From Halomicrobium mukohataei DSM 12286 (GTDB taxonomy: Archaea; Halobacteriota; Halobacteria; Halobacteriales; Haloarculaceae): a stretch of DNA of 32,000 nucleotides. The notes beneath the pieces are model-generated. The model was not told the origin of the DNA and ran no database searches. It was given only the letters and a program-made list of their open reading frames with translations. Position numbers and translations under genes: made by a program. Position 1 is the first letter of the stretch; each line of letters begins with the position of its first letter. The stretch is taken from the NCBI RefSeq assembly GCF_000023965.1, contig NC_013202.1, positions 1,050,001 through 1,082,000 on the forward strand, read 5' to 3'. Below, piece after piece: positions 8,757 to 16,044 of this stretch.

Positions 8757-9590
8757 ATGATTCCGCCACTGGCCCGGCGGTTCGTCGCGGGTGAGACGAC
8801 CGCCGGAGCACTGGAGCACGCGCGACAGTGCAACGAGGAGGGGATCGGCGTCATCCTGAACCAGCTGGGTGAACACTACGACCGTCGCGAACCGGCCAAG
8901 GAGGCCGCCGCGACCTACGAGTCCCTCGTCGAGGAGATCGATCTGGCGGGGCTGCGCGCCTGCCTCTCGATCAAGCCCTCTCAGCTGGGTCTCGACGTGA
9001 GCGAGCAGCTCTTCGAGTCGAACCTCGACAGCGTCGTCACGCACGCCGCGGCCCGCGACGTGTTCGTCTGGATCGACATGGAGGACCACGAGACGACGGA
9101 CGCGACGCTCGACGCCTTCGAGCGACTCGCCCGCCAGACCGACGGCGGCGTCGGGCTCTGCGTGCAGGCGAACCTCCGACGGACGCCCGACGACCTCGAA
9201 CGGCTGGCCGATCTGCCGGGGAAGATCCGGCTCGTCAAGGGCGCGTACGATCCGCCGCCGTCGATCGCGCTCCAGGACAAGGCCGAGATCAATCAGGCCT
9301 ACCGCGACCAGTTGCGATACCTCTTCGAGCACTTCCAGGGCGAGGTCGCCGTCGGCAGCCACGACCCGGAGATGATCGACCTCGCCGCGTCGCTGCACGA
9401 CGAGTACGGGACGCCGTACGAGGTCCAGATGCTGATGGGCGTTCGCGACGACGCCCAGCGCTCGCTGGCGACGGACTGCGAGGTCTGGCAGTACGCTCCC
9501 TACGGCGGCGAGTGGCTCGCGTACTTCTATCGACGCGTCGCAGAGCGGAAGGAAAACGCGTTGTTCGCCCTGCGGGCGATACTCTCCTAG
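8757..9590 (+). CDS. proline dehydrogenase family protein
   Basis: 277 aa, with the FVAGET..A.. N-terminus, LSIKPSQLG, VWIDMED and RLVKGAY motifs typical of the monofunctional PRODH barrel. Confidence 0.75.
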   Translation: MIPPLARRFVAGETTAGALEHARQCNEEGIGVILNQLGEHYDRREPAKEAAATYESLVEEIDLAGLRACLSIKPSQLGLDVSEQLFESNLDSVVTHAAARDVFVWIDMEDHETTDATLDAFERLARQTDGGVGLCVQANLRRTPDDLERLADLPGKIRLVKGAYDPPPSIALQDKAEINQAYRDQLRYLFEHFQGEVAVGSHDPEMIDLAASLHDEYGTPYEVQMLMGVRDDAQRSLATDCEVWQYAPYGGEWLAYFYRRVAERKENALFALRAILS

Positions 9591-9653
9591 CTGGCAGTCG
9601 TCTGACAGAGACGAAGGGAAGGGCTGATAACGGGTGAGGGCTACGGACACCAC

Positions 9654-10319
9654 ATGGCCTCGGCGACGTGGAAACGTGACTTCGCGAGCGGACTGATCAT
9701 CCTGCTCCCCCTGTTGGTGACGGTCTACGTACTCGCCTACCTCTACGGCATTCTGGCCTCGTTACCGCTCGCGAACGTCATCACCCCCGAGCGGCTCGCT
9801 CCGCTGCTCAACATTTCGGCGGAACACCAGCTGATGACACAGCTGGTGACGTTCGTCCGCGTGCTCACGACCCTCGCGGTCTTCGTGCTCCTCGTGTTCT
9901 CGATCGGCTATCTGATGCGGACCGCTTTCGGCGACGTGATCGAACAGGCCCTCGACGACATGATGAATCAGGTCCCCGGTCTCCGCGTGGTGTACAACGC
10001 CTCGAAGATGGCCGTCGAGACGGCCGTCTCGGGGGCCGACGAACTCCAGACGCCGGTGAAACTCGAAGTGTGGGACGGGCTGCGGATGACGGCGTTCAAG
10101 ACCGGCCAACAGACCGAGGACGGACGGGACGTGCTCTTCTTGCCGACCGCGCCGAACATCACGACCGGCTACGTCATCGAAGTCGAGCCCGACGCCTACG
10201 AGGAGACCGACGAGCGCGTCGAGGACGCGCTGACTCGGATCCTCTCGGCCGGCTTCGGCGACGCCGAGGAGAATCACACGCAGGTGCCGGCCGGACTCGT
10301 CGACGCCGACGACGACTAG
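9654..10319 (+). CDS. DUF502 domain membrane protein
   Basis: The N-terminus KRDFASGLIILLPLLVTVYVLAYL and the later FLPTAPNITTGY segment match my recollection of the DUF502 pattern. Confidence 0.7.
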   Translation: MASATWKRDFASGLIILLPLLVTVYVLAYLYGILASLPLANVITPERLAPLLNISAEHQLMTQLVTFVRVLTTLAVFVLLVFSIGYLMRTAFGDVIEQALDDMMNQVPGLRVVYNASKMAVETAVSGADELQTPVKLEVWDGLRMTAFKTGQQTEDGRDVLFLPTAPNITTGYVIEVEPDAYEETDERVEDALTRILSAGFGDAEENHTQVPAGLVDADDD

Positions 10320-10328
10320 ACTACCACC

Positions 10329-10362
10329 TTTTTCCAGCGGGGGTGCGCTCCGCGCACCCCGC
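10329..10362 (+). terminator. oligo-T run plus GC hairpin downstream of the DUF502 gene
   Basis: A T5 run at 10329-10333 lies 10 nt after the stop. It is followed by the stem GGGGTGCGC-TCC-GCGCACCCC. Confidence 0.35.
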
Positions 10363-10386
10363 TTGCAAAAACGTGGGCGAAAAAGA

Positions 10387-10458
10387 CCGGAATCGCCGAC
10401 GGCGATTCCGGTGAACCGGGCGACCTGCCGGGTCCTGACGGACCGCTCGGTCGCCCGG
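10387..10458. other. two further perfect hairpins (11-bp and 10-bp stems, the second with a nested 5-bp stem)
   Basis: The first hairpin is CCGGAATCGCC-GAC-GGCGATTCCGG (10387-10411). The second is CCGGGCGACC...GGTCGCCCGG (10416-10458) with an inner GGTCC-TGAC-GGACC stem. Confidence 0.6.
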
Positions 10459-10603
10459 ATGCTCACAGCCATTGTTTGGTCAGTATATACACTCGTTCTT
10501 TCGACAAATCCGCCGTGTAAGAGCGGGAAACAAAGACTTAGGAATCGCTCAAGACAGCGATTTTATGTAGCTCACAAGAGAGAGTGATCGAATATCTCTA
10601 CCG

Positions 10604-10774
10604 TCACCTTGACAAAATCAGAAGTGCCGCTGCAAGAACTAACACACCAATAGTAACATAAAACAACACTTGAGGGCTGGTGATTAGAACTGCAAACAAA
10701 ATGAGGTACCCAATAATGACGTATGCAGAGATTATTTTCCAGTCGCGTGTGATGGCGTCAGCCGAGTGATTCAT
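10604..10774 (-). CDS. small 2-TM membrane protein (56 aa) in an AT-rich patch
   Basis: I chose the ATG at 10774 (MNHSADAITRDWK...) over the TTG start of the track ORF. Two hydrophobic helices are present. Low-GC codon usage is unlike the neighbouring genes. Confidence 0.4.
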   Translation of the reverse strand: MNHSADAITRDWKIISAYVIIGYLILFAVLITSPQVLFYVTIGVLVLAAALLILSR

Positions 10775-10902
10775 CGGTTTAGTAGCTTTCAATCTATGTT
10801 CATTTGTGCCACGGAAATAGATTCGGTTAACTCGCACATCTACCAAACAGCAGATTCTCCGGAGACACTATGAGACGAACCCAAGTATAGCAGCCGTGTC
10901 AC

Positions 10903-11055
10903 TCAAATCAACTCCTGACGAGACGGTGTCTCACGGCGCAGCGCTGACTCCATCAGCGTCGATTCCACGAGGGGGACATCACCCGAGAACTCGATCTCGT
11001 CGTGCCAGATCTGTAGTTGCTTCGTGCGGGTGTCAAACGACTCGCGCCGCCACTC
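10903..11055 (-). pseudogene. orphan 3' gene fragment without a start codon (…EWRRESFDTRTKQLQIWHDEIEFSGDVPLVESTLMESALRRETPSRQELI*)
   Basis: A 50-codon open frame has strong G/C third-position bias typical of haloarchaeal coding DNA. It has no usable start, and its 5' side runs straight into the family 2 palindromic element. Confidence 0.3.
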
Positions 11056-11138
11056 ATACGGATTATTGTAGCGATTTACCGGTGATCGTCTACTCCGTGG
11101 CGACGATCACCGGTAAGCAACTACAATAAACCGTATCA
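11054..11138. repeat. palindromic element, family 2, copy B (85 bp)
   Basis: In ilvE sense it reads TGATACGGTTTATTGTAG..TTACCGGTGATCGTC-loop-GACGATCACCGGTAA..CTACAATAATCCGTATGA. The inner stem is a perfect 15 bp. The outer arms resemble 30471-30556. Confidence 0.75.
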
Positions 11139-12074
11139 GACGTACTTGAACCAGTCGTCGTACTGCTCGGGTGGCTCTTCGAGGATGTCGAAAAACCGCG
11201 TCTGGATCTCGTCGGTGACCGGCCCCTTCGTTCCGGCACCGATCTCGTTGTCGTCGACGCTGCGGATCGGCGTCACCTCGGCGGCGGTGCCGGTGAAGAA
11301 CAGTTCGTCGGCGGCGTACAGCTCGCCCCGCGAGATGGTGGCGTCGTCGTGGACGGTGTAGCCCAGATCCTCGGCGAGGGTAATGACGCTGCGGCGGGTG
11401 ATGCCGTCGAGGATCGACTCGGCCAGCCCGGTCGTGTAGATCTCGCCGTCGCGGACGAGGAAGATGTTCTCGCCCGGCCCCTCGGCGACGTTGCCCTCCT
11501 TGTTGAGGACGATCGCCTCGCCGTAGTCGTTGCCCTTTGCCTCCAGCGAGGCGAGGACGCTGTTGACGTAGGCTCCCGTCGTCTTCGCGCTGGTCGGGAT
11601 CTGGCTGGAGGCGTGCTTGCGCCACGAGGAGATCGCCGTGTCGATACCCTCTTCGAGCGCTTCCTCGCCGAGGTAGGCACCCCACGGCCAGACGCCGATG
11701 GCGGTCTCGACTGGCGACTCGCTCGGGTTGAGCCCCAGCGGGCCGTAGCCGTAGAAGGCGATCGGGCGGATGTAACACGACTCCAGCCCCTCCCGACGGA
11801 TCAGCTCGACGGTCGCCTCGGTGAGTTCTTCCGGCGTGTAGGGAATCTCGATGTCGTAGACCTTCGCCGACTCGTACAGTCGGTCGAGGTGTTCCTCCCA
11901 GCGGAAGATCGCCGGGCCGTCGTCGGTGTCGTAACAGCGCACGCCCTCGAAGACGCCGGTGCCGTAGTGTAGCGCGTGAGTCAGGACGTGGACCTGTGCG
12001 TCCTCGAAGTCGACGAACTCGCCGTCCTGCCAGATCGTCTCGACCCCTTCGAACATCTCCGGGCGCTCGCTCAT
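11136..12074 (-). CDS. ilvE: branched-chain amino acid aminotransferase
   Basis: Class IV aminotransferase fold, with HALHYGTGVFEGVRCY, KTTGAYVNSVLA, EGPGENIF and FFTGTAAEVTPI. I chose the ATG at 12074 (MSERPEMF). The stop TGA is the first triplet of the family 2 element. Confidence 0.9.
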   Translation of the reverse strand: MSERPEMFEGVETIWQDGEFVDFEDAQVHVLTHALHYGTGVFEGVRCYDTDDGPAIFRWEEHLDRLYESAKVYDIEIPYTPEELTEATVELIRREGLESCYIRPIAFYGYGPLGLNPSESPVETAIGVWPWGAYLGEEALEEGIDTAISSWRKHASSQIPTSAKTTGAYVNSVLASLEAKGNDYGEAIVLNKEGNVAEGPGENIFLVRDGEIYTTGLAESILDGITRRSVITLAEDLGYTVHDDATISRGELYAADELFFTGTAAEVTPIRSVDDNEIGAGTKGPVTDEIQTRFFDILEEPPEQYDDWFKYV

Positions 12075-12229
12075 CGTGCCCACCCCTCGCGTGTGGCGTG
12101 GCGATCACAGCACTGTCCGCAACCAGTGTCCTCGAAGTGCATACCAGGGCATTGCGGCCCATCGTTAAGAGTGTTGACGATGTACGAGTCGATCTGACAC
12201 ACCGCGAGAACGTTCGGCGAGAGCGCCGG

Positions 12230-12289
12230 TTACGCGAGTCGCTCGACCAGCGCGCTGTCCTCGACGTAGGCCAGTCCCTCGCGGTCGGC
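12230..12289 (-). pseudogene. diverged duplicate of the ribB 3' end ([19 protein letters not shown])
   Basis: It aligns codon for codon with the last 20 codons of ribB at 13709-13768 (48/60 nt by my count). The two share an identical 16-mer, CCTCGACGTAGGCCAG, at 12259-12274 and 13738-13753. Confidence 0.7.
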
Positions 12290-12338
12290 ATTGGTTCTAA
12301 TATCTATAGGGCGAAAATACACTATATAAGAAACCGAT

Positions 12339-12638
12339 TCAGGAGAATATTTTGAGTGCCCACAGTACGGCGGCAATGGTCATGAGAATAGTTCCAATAT
12401 ACCAAATCCATGCTTTCGATAGGATACGGGCCCCATCACTATCGAAAGACGGAATTTTACCTGATTTTCCACCAATTGCGTAAAGCATACCACTTGCTAT
12501 CATTAATATACCCGCAAGTGTCATTCTATTCAATACAAAGTGAAAACGCAAATCAGATTCAACGAGCCCGTCAAGAGTTATAATTGTACCAAGTAATACA
12601 GTAGACAATCCAAATGAAATTTTACCCATTCTTCCCAT
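12339..12638 (-). CDS. small 3-TM membrane protein (99 aa) in the AT-rich cassette
   Basis: ATG at 12638 (or 12629). Three hydrophobic segments and low-GC codon usage. It has its own AT-rich upstream region (ATATTATATTTTT). No family recognised. Confidence 0.6.
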   Translation of the reverse strand: MGRMGKISFGLSTVLLGTIITLDGLVESDLRFHFVLNRMTLAGILMIASGMLYAIGGKSGKIPSFDSDGARILSKAWIWYIGTILMTIAAVLWALKIFS

Positions 12639-12695
12639 ATCTTTTACACTCCTGAATAATACCCAAGAACCATATTATATTTTTGGCAAATATAA

Positions 12696-13526
12696 TCAAC
12701 CGCAGAGATCTTCCGCGTACTCTTCTTTGATACAGGCGTTAACTGTATCTTTACAGCCCAAACAATCTACGTTACCCAATAGACCCTGGGCGATCAAAGC
12801 GAGTACACACGCGTAGCATGCTGGATTATACCAGCTGGGAACTAATTTACAGCCACTACAACCAACGCCTGTGGCAGCGATACTAGTAATCCGACCCAAG
12901 CATTCTCTGGACGGAGAGCAATTCACCCCAGTTTCAATACGGCAAGTATCACATTCACCTTCAGGAGGGTCATACCAGACTTCATTACCAACACCTTGCG
13001 TACGCAACGTATTGATACTGGTCGAATCAGTCTTGACAATGTCGCCGTCAACATAATATCGTTCAGACTGGAGTGTTGAACCAGTAGACACAATGTTGTA
13101 ACCTGCTACCGTGGGTTCGTTTTCGTTTACTTCTTCTGGATAAGTATCTAATTGATCTATCCCATTATCGAGAATGAATTTTTCTGTCTCGTCTGTATCT
13201 TCGTAAACTGCTGACACGACAACCCTCTCTTCTCCATTTTCTTCGGTTACTCGTGTTGCACTCGCAGATTGCATCGTAACACTTCGTTTACCACCCTCAG
13301 CCGAATCAACAACCATCTCACGCCAGATCTTTCTCCACTCTCTACCAGTTCGCGCCCTTTGTATGGCCTCCCACTTTTCCCAACCCGATAGCTCCACCAC
13401 GTCCATACCTGATAGGTTCTCTGATACTTCTTGGGCAGTGACAGTGCCGGCTGAAACTGTCGTTAAACTGGCTGTACCGAGTGATTTGAGTGCCTTTCTT
13501 CTGGATATTTTATTCTCTTCGGGCAT
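12696..13526 (-). CDS. halocin C8-type bacteriocin precursor (Tat signal, long pro-region, Cys-rich C-terminal domain)
   Basis: I chose the ATG at 13526 (MPEENKISRRKALKSLG.. has a twin-arginine motif) over the TTG track start. The C-terminal ~86 aa contain 12 Cys, including GCSGCK, and end in ...CIKEEYAEDLCG. This resembles my recollection of HalC8 (GCSACK ... ACNRAGLC). The gene is AT-rich. Confidence 0.7.
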   Translation of the reverse strand: MPEENKISRRKALKSLGTASLTTVSAGTVTAQEVSENLSGMDVVELSGWEKWEAIQRARTGREWRKIWREMVVDSAEGGKRSVTMQSASATRVTEENGEERVVVSAVYEDTDETEKFILDNGIDQLDTYPEEVNENEPTVAGYNIVSTGSTLQSERYYVDGDIVKTDSTSINTLRTQGVGNEVWYDPPEGECDTCRIETGVNCSPSRECLGRITSIAATGVGCSGCKLVPSWYNPACYACVLALIAQGLLGNVDCLGCKDTVNACIKEEYAEDLCG

Positions 13527-13708
13527 CGAGTTACTATATATCTCCAAGTAAAAAAAGCTTTCATATTTCAAATATTTAATATTAGATCTACAAGATGTTT
13601 TTAAATAGTTGGAGAATCGCTAATAATCTCCCCTGACGACATGATATGAGTCGTTCATACGTCCTGCGCAGTATATGAGAGAAAAAAATCAACGCATTTT
13701 GTAGATTT

Positions 13709-14377
13709 TCACATCAGCCGTTCGACGAGAGCGCTCCCCTCGACGTAGGCCAGCCCCTCGCGCTCGGCGTAGGCTCGCGCCGCCGCCGGCGTCAGTGCGC
13801 CGCCGGTCTCGTCGTCGAGCATCTCACAGACCACGACTGCCGGGGGCTGGTCGGCCGCCGCGGCGACGGCCAGCCCGAGTTCGGTGTGTCCCAGCCGGTC
13901 CGAGAGCAGTCCGGGCGCACCGCGCAGCAGCGTCACGTGGCCCGGCGACCGGAACTGTTCGGCGAAGGTCGTTCCGTCGGGCTCGCTCGCGGCCCCTGCG
14001 AGTTCGGTGATCGTCAGCGACCGGTCCTCGTCGGTGATGCCGGTGTGGGTGTCGCGGTGGTTGACCGTCAGCGAGAACGACGAGCGTTCGTCGTACCCCA
14101 GTTCGTGATCGGCGGCACTGGGGTGATCGAGCGACTCCTGCATGAACGGCAGGTCGAACGAATGGGCCACCGAATCCGAGAGCGCGACACAGACCAGTCC
14201 GCCGGCGTCGTTGCGCAGTCGGGCGACGGCGTCGGGCGTCACTGCGCCGGCCGGATACACCAGATCGACCTCGCCCTCGCGATCGGCCGCGTCGTGGATC
14301 AGGATCGGCTGGCCGCGGCCAAAGGCCGCGATGGCGTCGTCGGCACCCGTCGCTGCCTGCTCACTGCTCCGAGACAT
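13709..14377 (-). CDS. ribB: 3,4-dihydroxy-2-butanone-4-phosphate synthase
   Basis: [32 protein letters not shown] and RSPGHV are the DHBP synthase signatures. It overlaps the ribK 3' end by 17 nt. Confidence 0.9.
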   Translation of the reverse strand: MSRSSEQAATGADDAIAAFGRGQPILIHDAADREGEVDLVYPAGAVTPDAVARLRNDAGGLVCVALSDSVAHSFDLPFMQESLDHPSAADHELGYDERSSFSLTVNHRDTHTGITDEDRSLTITELAGAASEPDGTTFAEQFRSPGHVTLLRGAPGLLSDRLGHTELGLAVAAAADQPPAVVVCEMLDDETGGALTPAAARAYAEREGLAYVEGSALVERLM

Positions 14378-15059
14378 GGACAGTCACCTCGTCACCGTCG
14401 GCCAGGCCGACCACGTCGCGGAGTTTCTCCGGGGCGATCACTTCCAGCTGGCTCTCTCCGTGGTGGGTTCGCTCGGGGGCGATGACGTGGGCGGGCTCGT
14501 ACTCGCTGTCCCCGGCGACGACGGAGGCCGGATAGCAGTACGCCGGGCCGTACGTTCGCTCGTCGTCCTCCCAGCCCTCGATCGTGACGGGCTCGAAGGC
14601 GCTCAGCCGAGCGCGCTTGCGGACGCTCTCGTCGACGAGGTCGACGTTGAGCGTCCCGGCGAAGGGCTCGTAGCCGAGCTTGTCGATGAACTGCTCCATG
14701 TACCCTGGCAGCGTGATGTAGTGTCGCCCCTCGCCCATGCCGGAGGTGACGATCCCGCCCAGATCGACGCCGACGGCTCCCTCGAAGATCCGTCGGTAGT
14801 CGGCGTACTCTCGCTGGAGAGCCCGCTCGCCGACCTCGCTGATCTGGATGAGCTGTCCGTCGCCGACGATGTCCCGATCGATCATCTCCGCTTCCTCCAG
14901 CCGCTGGAGCCGCCGCGAGGCGGTCTGGTTGGAGGCGTCCAGCCGGTCGGCGAGCGCCGAACAGGACTCCTTTCGCTCGCCTTCGATCGCGCCGTCGAGG
15001 GCCAGCAACTTCAGCGTCGCCAGCTCGTCGTGGCCGACGGCCCGCGTTGTCTCTGCCAT
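14361..15059 (-). CDS. ribK: CTP-dependent riboflavin kinase fused to an N-terminal winged-HTH domain (RbkR-like)
   Basis: The C-terminal half ([23 protein letters not shown]...GTLNVDL...YCYPA) matches the archaeal MJ0056-type kinase. The N-terminal ~90 aa look like a MarR/ArsR-like wHTH. ATG at 15059. Confidence 0.85.
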   Translation of the reverse strand: MAETTRAVGHDELATLKLLALDGAIEGERKESCSALADRLDASNQTASRRLQRLEEAEMIDRDIVGDGQLIQISEVGERALQREYADYRRIFEGAVGVDLGGIVTSGMGEGRHYITLPGYMEQFIDKLGYEPFAGTLNVDLVDESVRKRARLSAFEPVTIEGWEDDERTYGPAYCYPASVVAGDSEYEPAHVIAPERTHHGESQLEVIAPEKLRDVVGLADGDEVTVHVSEQ

Positions 15060-15093
15060 GCACACGAGTTGGCACTATCGCGGGAAAAGGATA

Positions 15094-15110
15094 ACGAATG
15101 TGTCATCCGT
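15094..15110. promoter_or_regulatory. imperfect 7-3-7 palindrome ACGAATG-TGT-CATCCGT upstream of ribK (candidate operator)
   Basis: It lies 35-50 nt upstream of the ribK ATG, next to the AT-rich CGTTATCC stretch. One mismatch in the palindrome. Confidence 0.25.
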
Positions 15111-15226
15111 CACAGTTCTGGAACGGGCGGCAACGGGACTGGCGTTGTCCTCGCTCGTTCCCGGTAGCCACTTGCCCGTCGAGTCGTTACGACCGGTATC
15201 GCCGTCGAGCAGGCGGCCACACTATC

Positions 15227-15499
15227 ATGAACGAAACGGATTCGACCACGTCGGGGCGGCGCGTCGTCGGCTGGGTGTTCGTCGCGGCGCTGGCGCTCGG
15301 CGTGGGCTTCGGTGCCTTCGTCGGTCTCGTGATCAGCAACGACGCCGCCGTCCCGGTCGGTCTCTTCGGCGTCCAGTTTCGCCCTACGCCACTCAACATG
15401 GCCAGCTACGGCGGCGGTGCGGTACTCGCGCTGTCGGGACTCTTCTACGTCGTCATGCGCTACACCCGCCGGTACGACGACGAGATCGAGTCCGTCTGA
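15227..15499 (+). CDS. small 2-TM membrane protein (90 aa)
   Basis: I chose the ATG at 15227 (MNETDSTTSGRR...). Two hydrophobic helices and an acidic C-terminus. Confidence 0.6.
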   Translation: MNETDSTTSGRRVVGWVFVAALALGVGFGAFVGLVISNDAAVPVGLFGVQFRPTPLNMASYGGGAVLALSGLFYVVMRYTRRYDDEIESV

Positions 15500-15552
15500 T
15501 CGCCGCTGTCGCCGAGCGCGTCCGACCCGGCACGAGCGGAGCGAGTGCCGTT

Positions 15553-15599
15553 CACCCCGAGCGCCAGCAGCGCTCGGGGTGTGTTTTCGCCCACTTTTT
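15553..15599 (+). terminator. perfect 12-bp hairpin followed by T-runs
   Basis: CACCCCGAGCGC-CAGCA-GCGCTCGGGGTG (15553-15581) is followed by TTTT (15583-15586) and TTTTT (15595-15599), between convergent genes. Confidence 0.5.
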
Positions 15600-15605
15600 G
15601 CGATC

Positions 15606-15626
15606 GGGGTCGCCGTCGGCGACCCC
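15606..15626 (-). terminator. 9-bp hairpin GGGGTCGCC-GTC-GGCGACCCC downstream of the DUF5789-like gene
   Basis: A perfect stem lies 14 nt after the stop of the minus-strand gene. A-runs on the plus strand give T-runs on the minus strand further downstream. Confidence 0.3.
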
Positions 15627-15639
15627 CGCGGTACACGGT

Positions 15640-15927
15640 CTAGAAGGAGACCTGGTCCGGGCCGTCCTCGCCCATCGCGATCGGATCGCGGTCGGAGTAG
15701 CCCTTTCGACCGATGCCCTTCTGACTGACGGCGCTGTAGGCCGCCAGTCTGGCCTCGTTCTCGGTGTCGTAGGTCTCCTCGGTCAGGCGGCCCAGAACGT
15801 CGGCAATCGTCTCCGAGCCGTTGGGCAACTCCAGGGTGAGGTGGCCGTGGGCCTCGATCAGATCGGTCGTCGTCGCGGGGTAGCTCTGTGCCGTGAACAT
15901 CTCGTCTGCGCTGTCGAACAGTCGCAT
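15640..15927 (-). CDS. small acidic protein, DUF5789-like
   Basis: 95 aa. YPATTTDLIEAHG...LELPNGSETIADVLGRL...GRKGYSDRDP matches my recollection of this haloarchaeal family. The family name is from memory. Confidence 0.65.
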   Translation of the reverse strand: MRLFDSADEMFTAQSYPATTTDLIEAHGHLTLELPNGSETIADVLGRLTEETYDTENEARLAAYSAVSQKGIGRKGYSDRDPIAMGEDGPDQVSF

Positions 15928-15950
15928 GGCTCTGGAAAGTTAATGAACGA

Positions 15951-15957
15951 TAATAAA
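15951..15957 (-). promoter_or_regulatory. TATA-like box (TTTATTA on the minus strand) for the DUF5789-like gene
   Basis: It lies 24-30 nt upstream of the ATG at 15927, within the AT-rich divergent intergenic region 15928-16044. Confidence 0.4.
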
Positions 15958-16044
15958 CCTTCATTATTAATAATTAATACACTCCTTAATGTGTATAAGG
16001 GCCACGACCCGAAGTGGCTTGGGCTCCGGCGGCCAGGCTCCGGT

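Noticed and set aside
10896-11129. 77-aa plus-strand ORF in the region downstream of ilvE
   Set aside because: Poor composition (Arg/Ser/Thr/Cys-rich). It runs antisense to the better-supported orphan coding fragment and through the family 2 palindrome.
11107-12291. 394-aa minus-strand ORF overlapping ilvE
   Set aside because: It is out of frame with ilvE, extremely Arg-rich, and has no motifs. Its apparent start at 12291 lies in the ribB-remnant region by chance.
12290-13708. Integrase, transposase or other mobility gene inside the two cassettes (also checked in 17820-19614)
   Set aside because: All six frames were inspected. Only the annotated genes and short antisense ORFs (12871-13056, 13363-13551) are present, and nothing resembles a recombinase.
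14848-16044. Long N-terminal extension of the 660-aa ORF that ends as the PHP protein
   Set aside because: The first 399 codons are antisense to ribK and cross two other genes and an AT-rich promoter region. PHP homology begins at the ATG at 16045.
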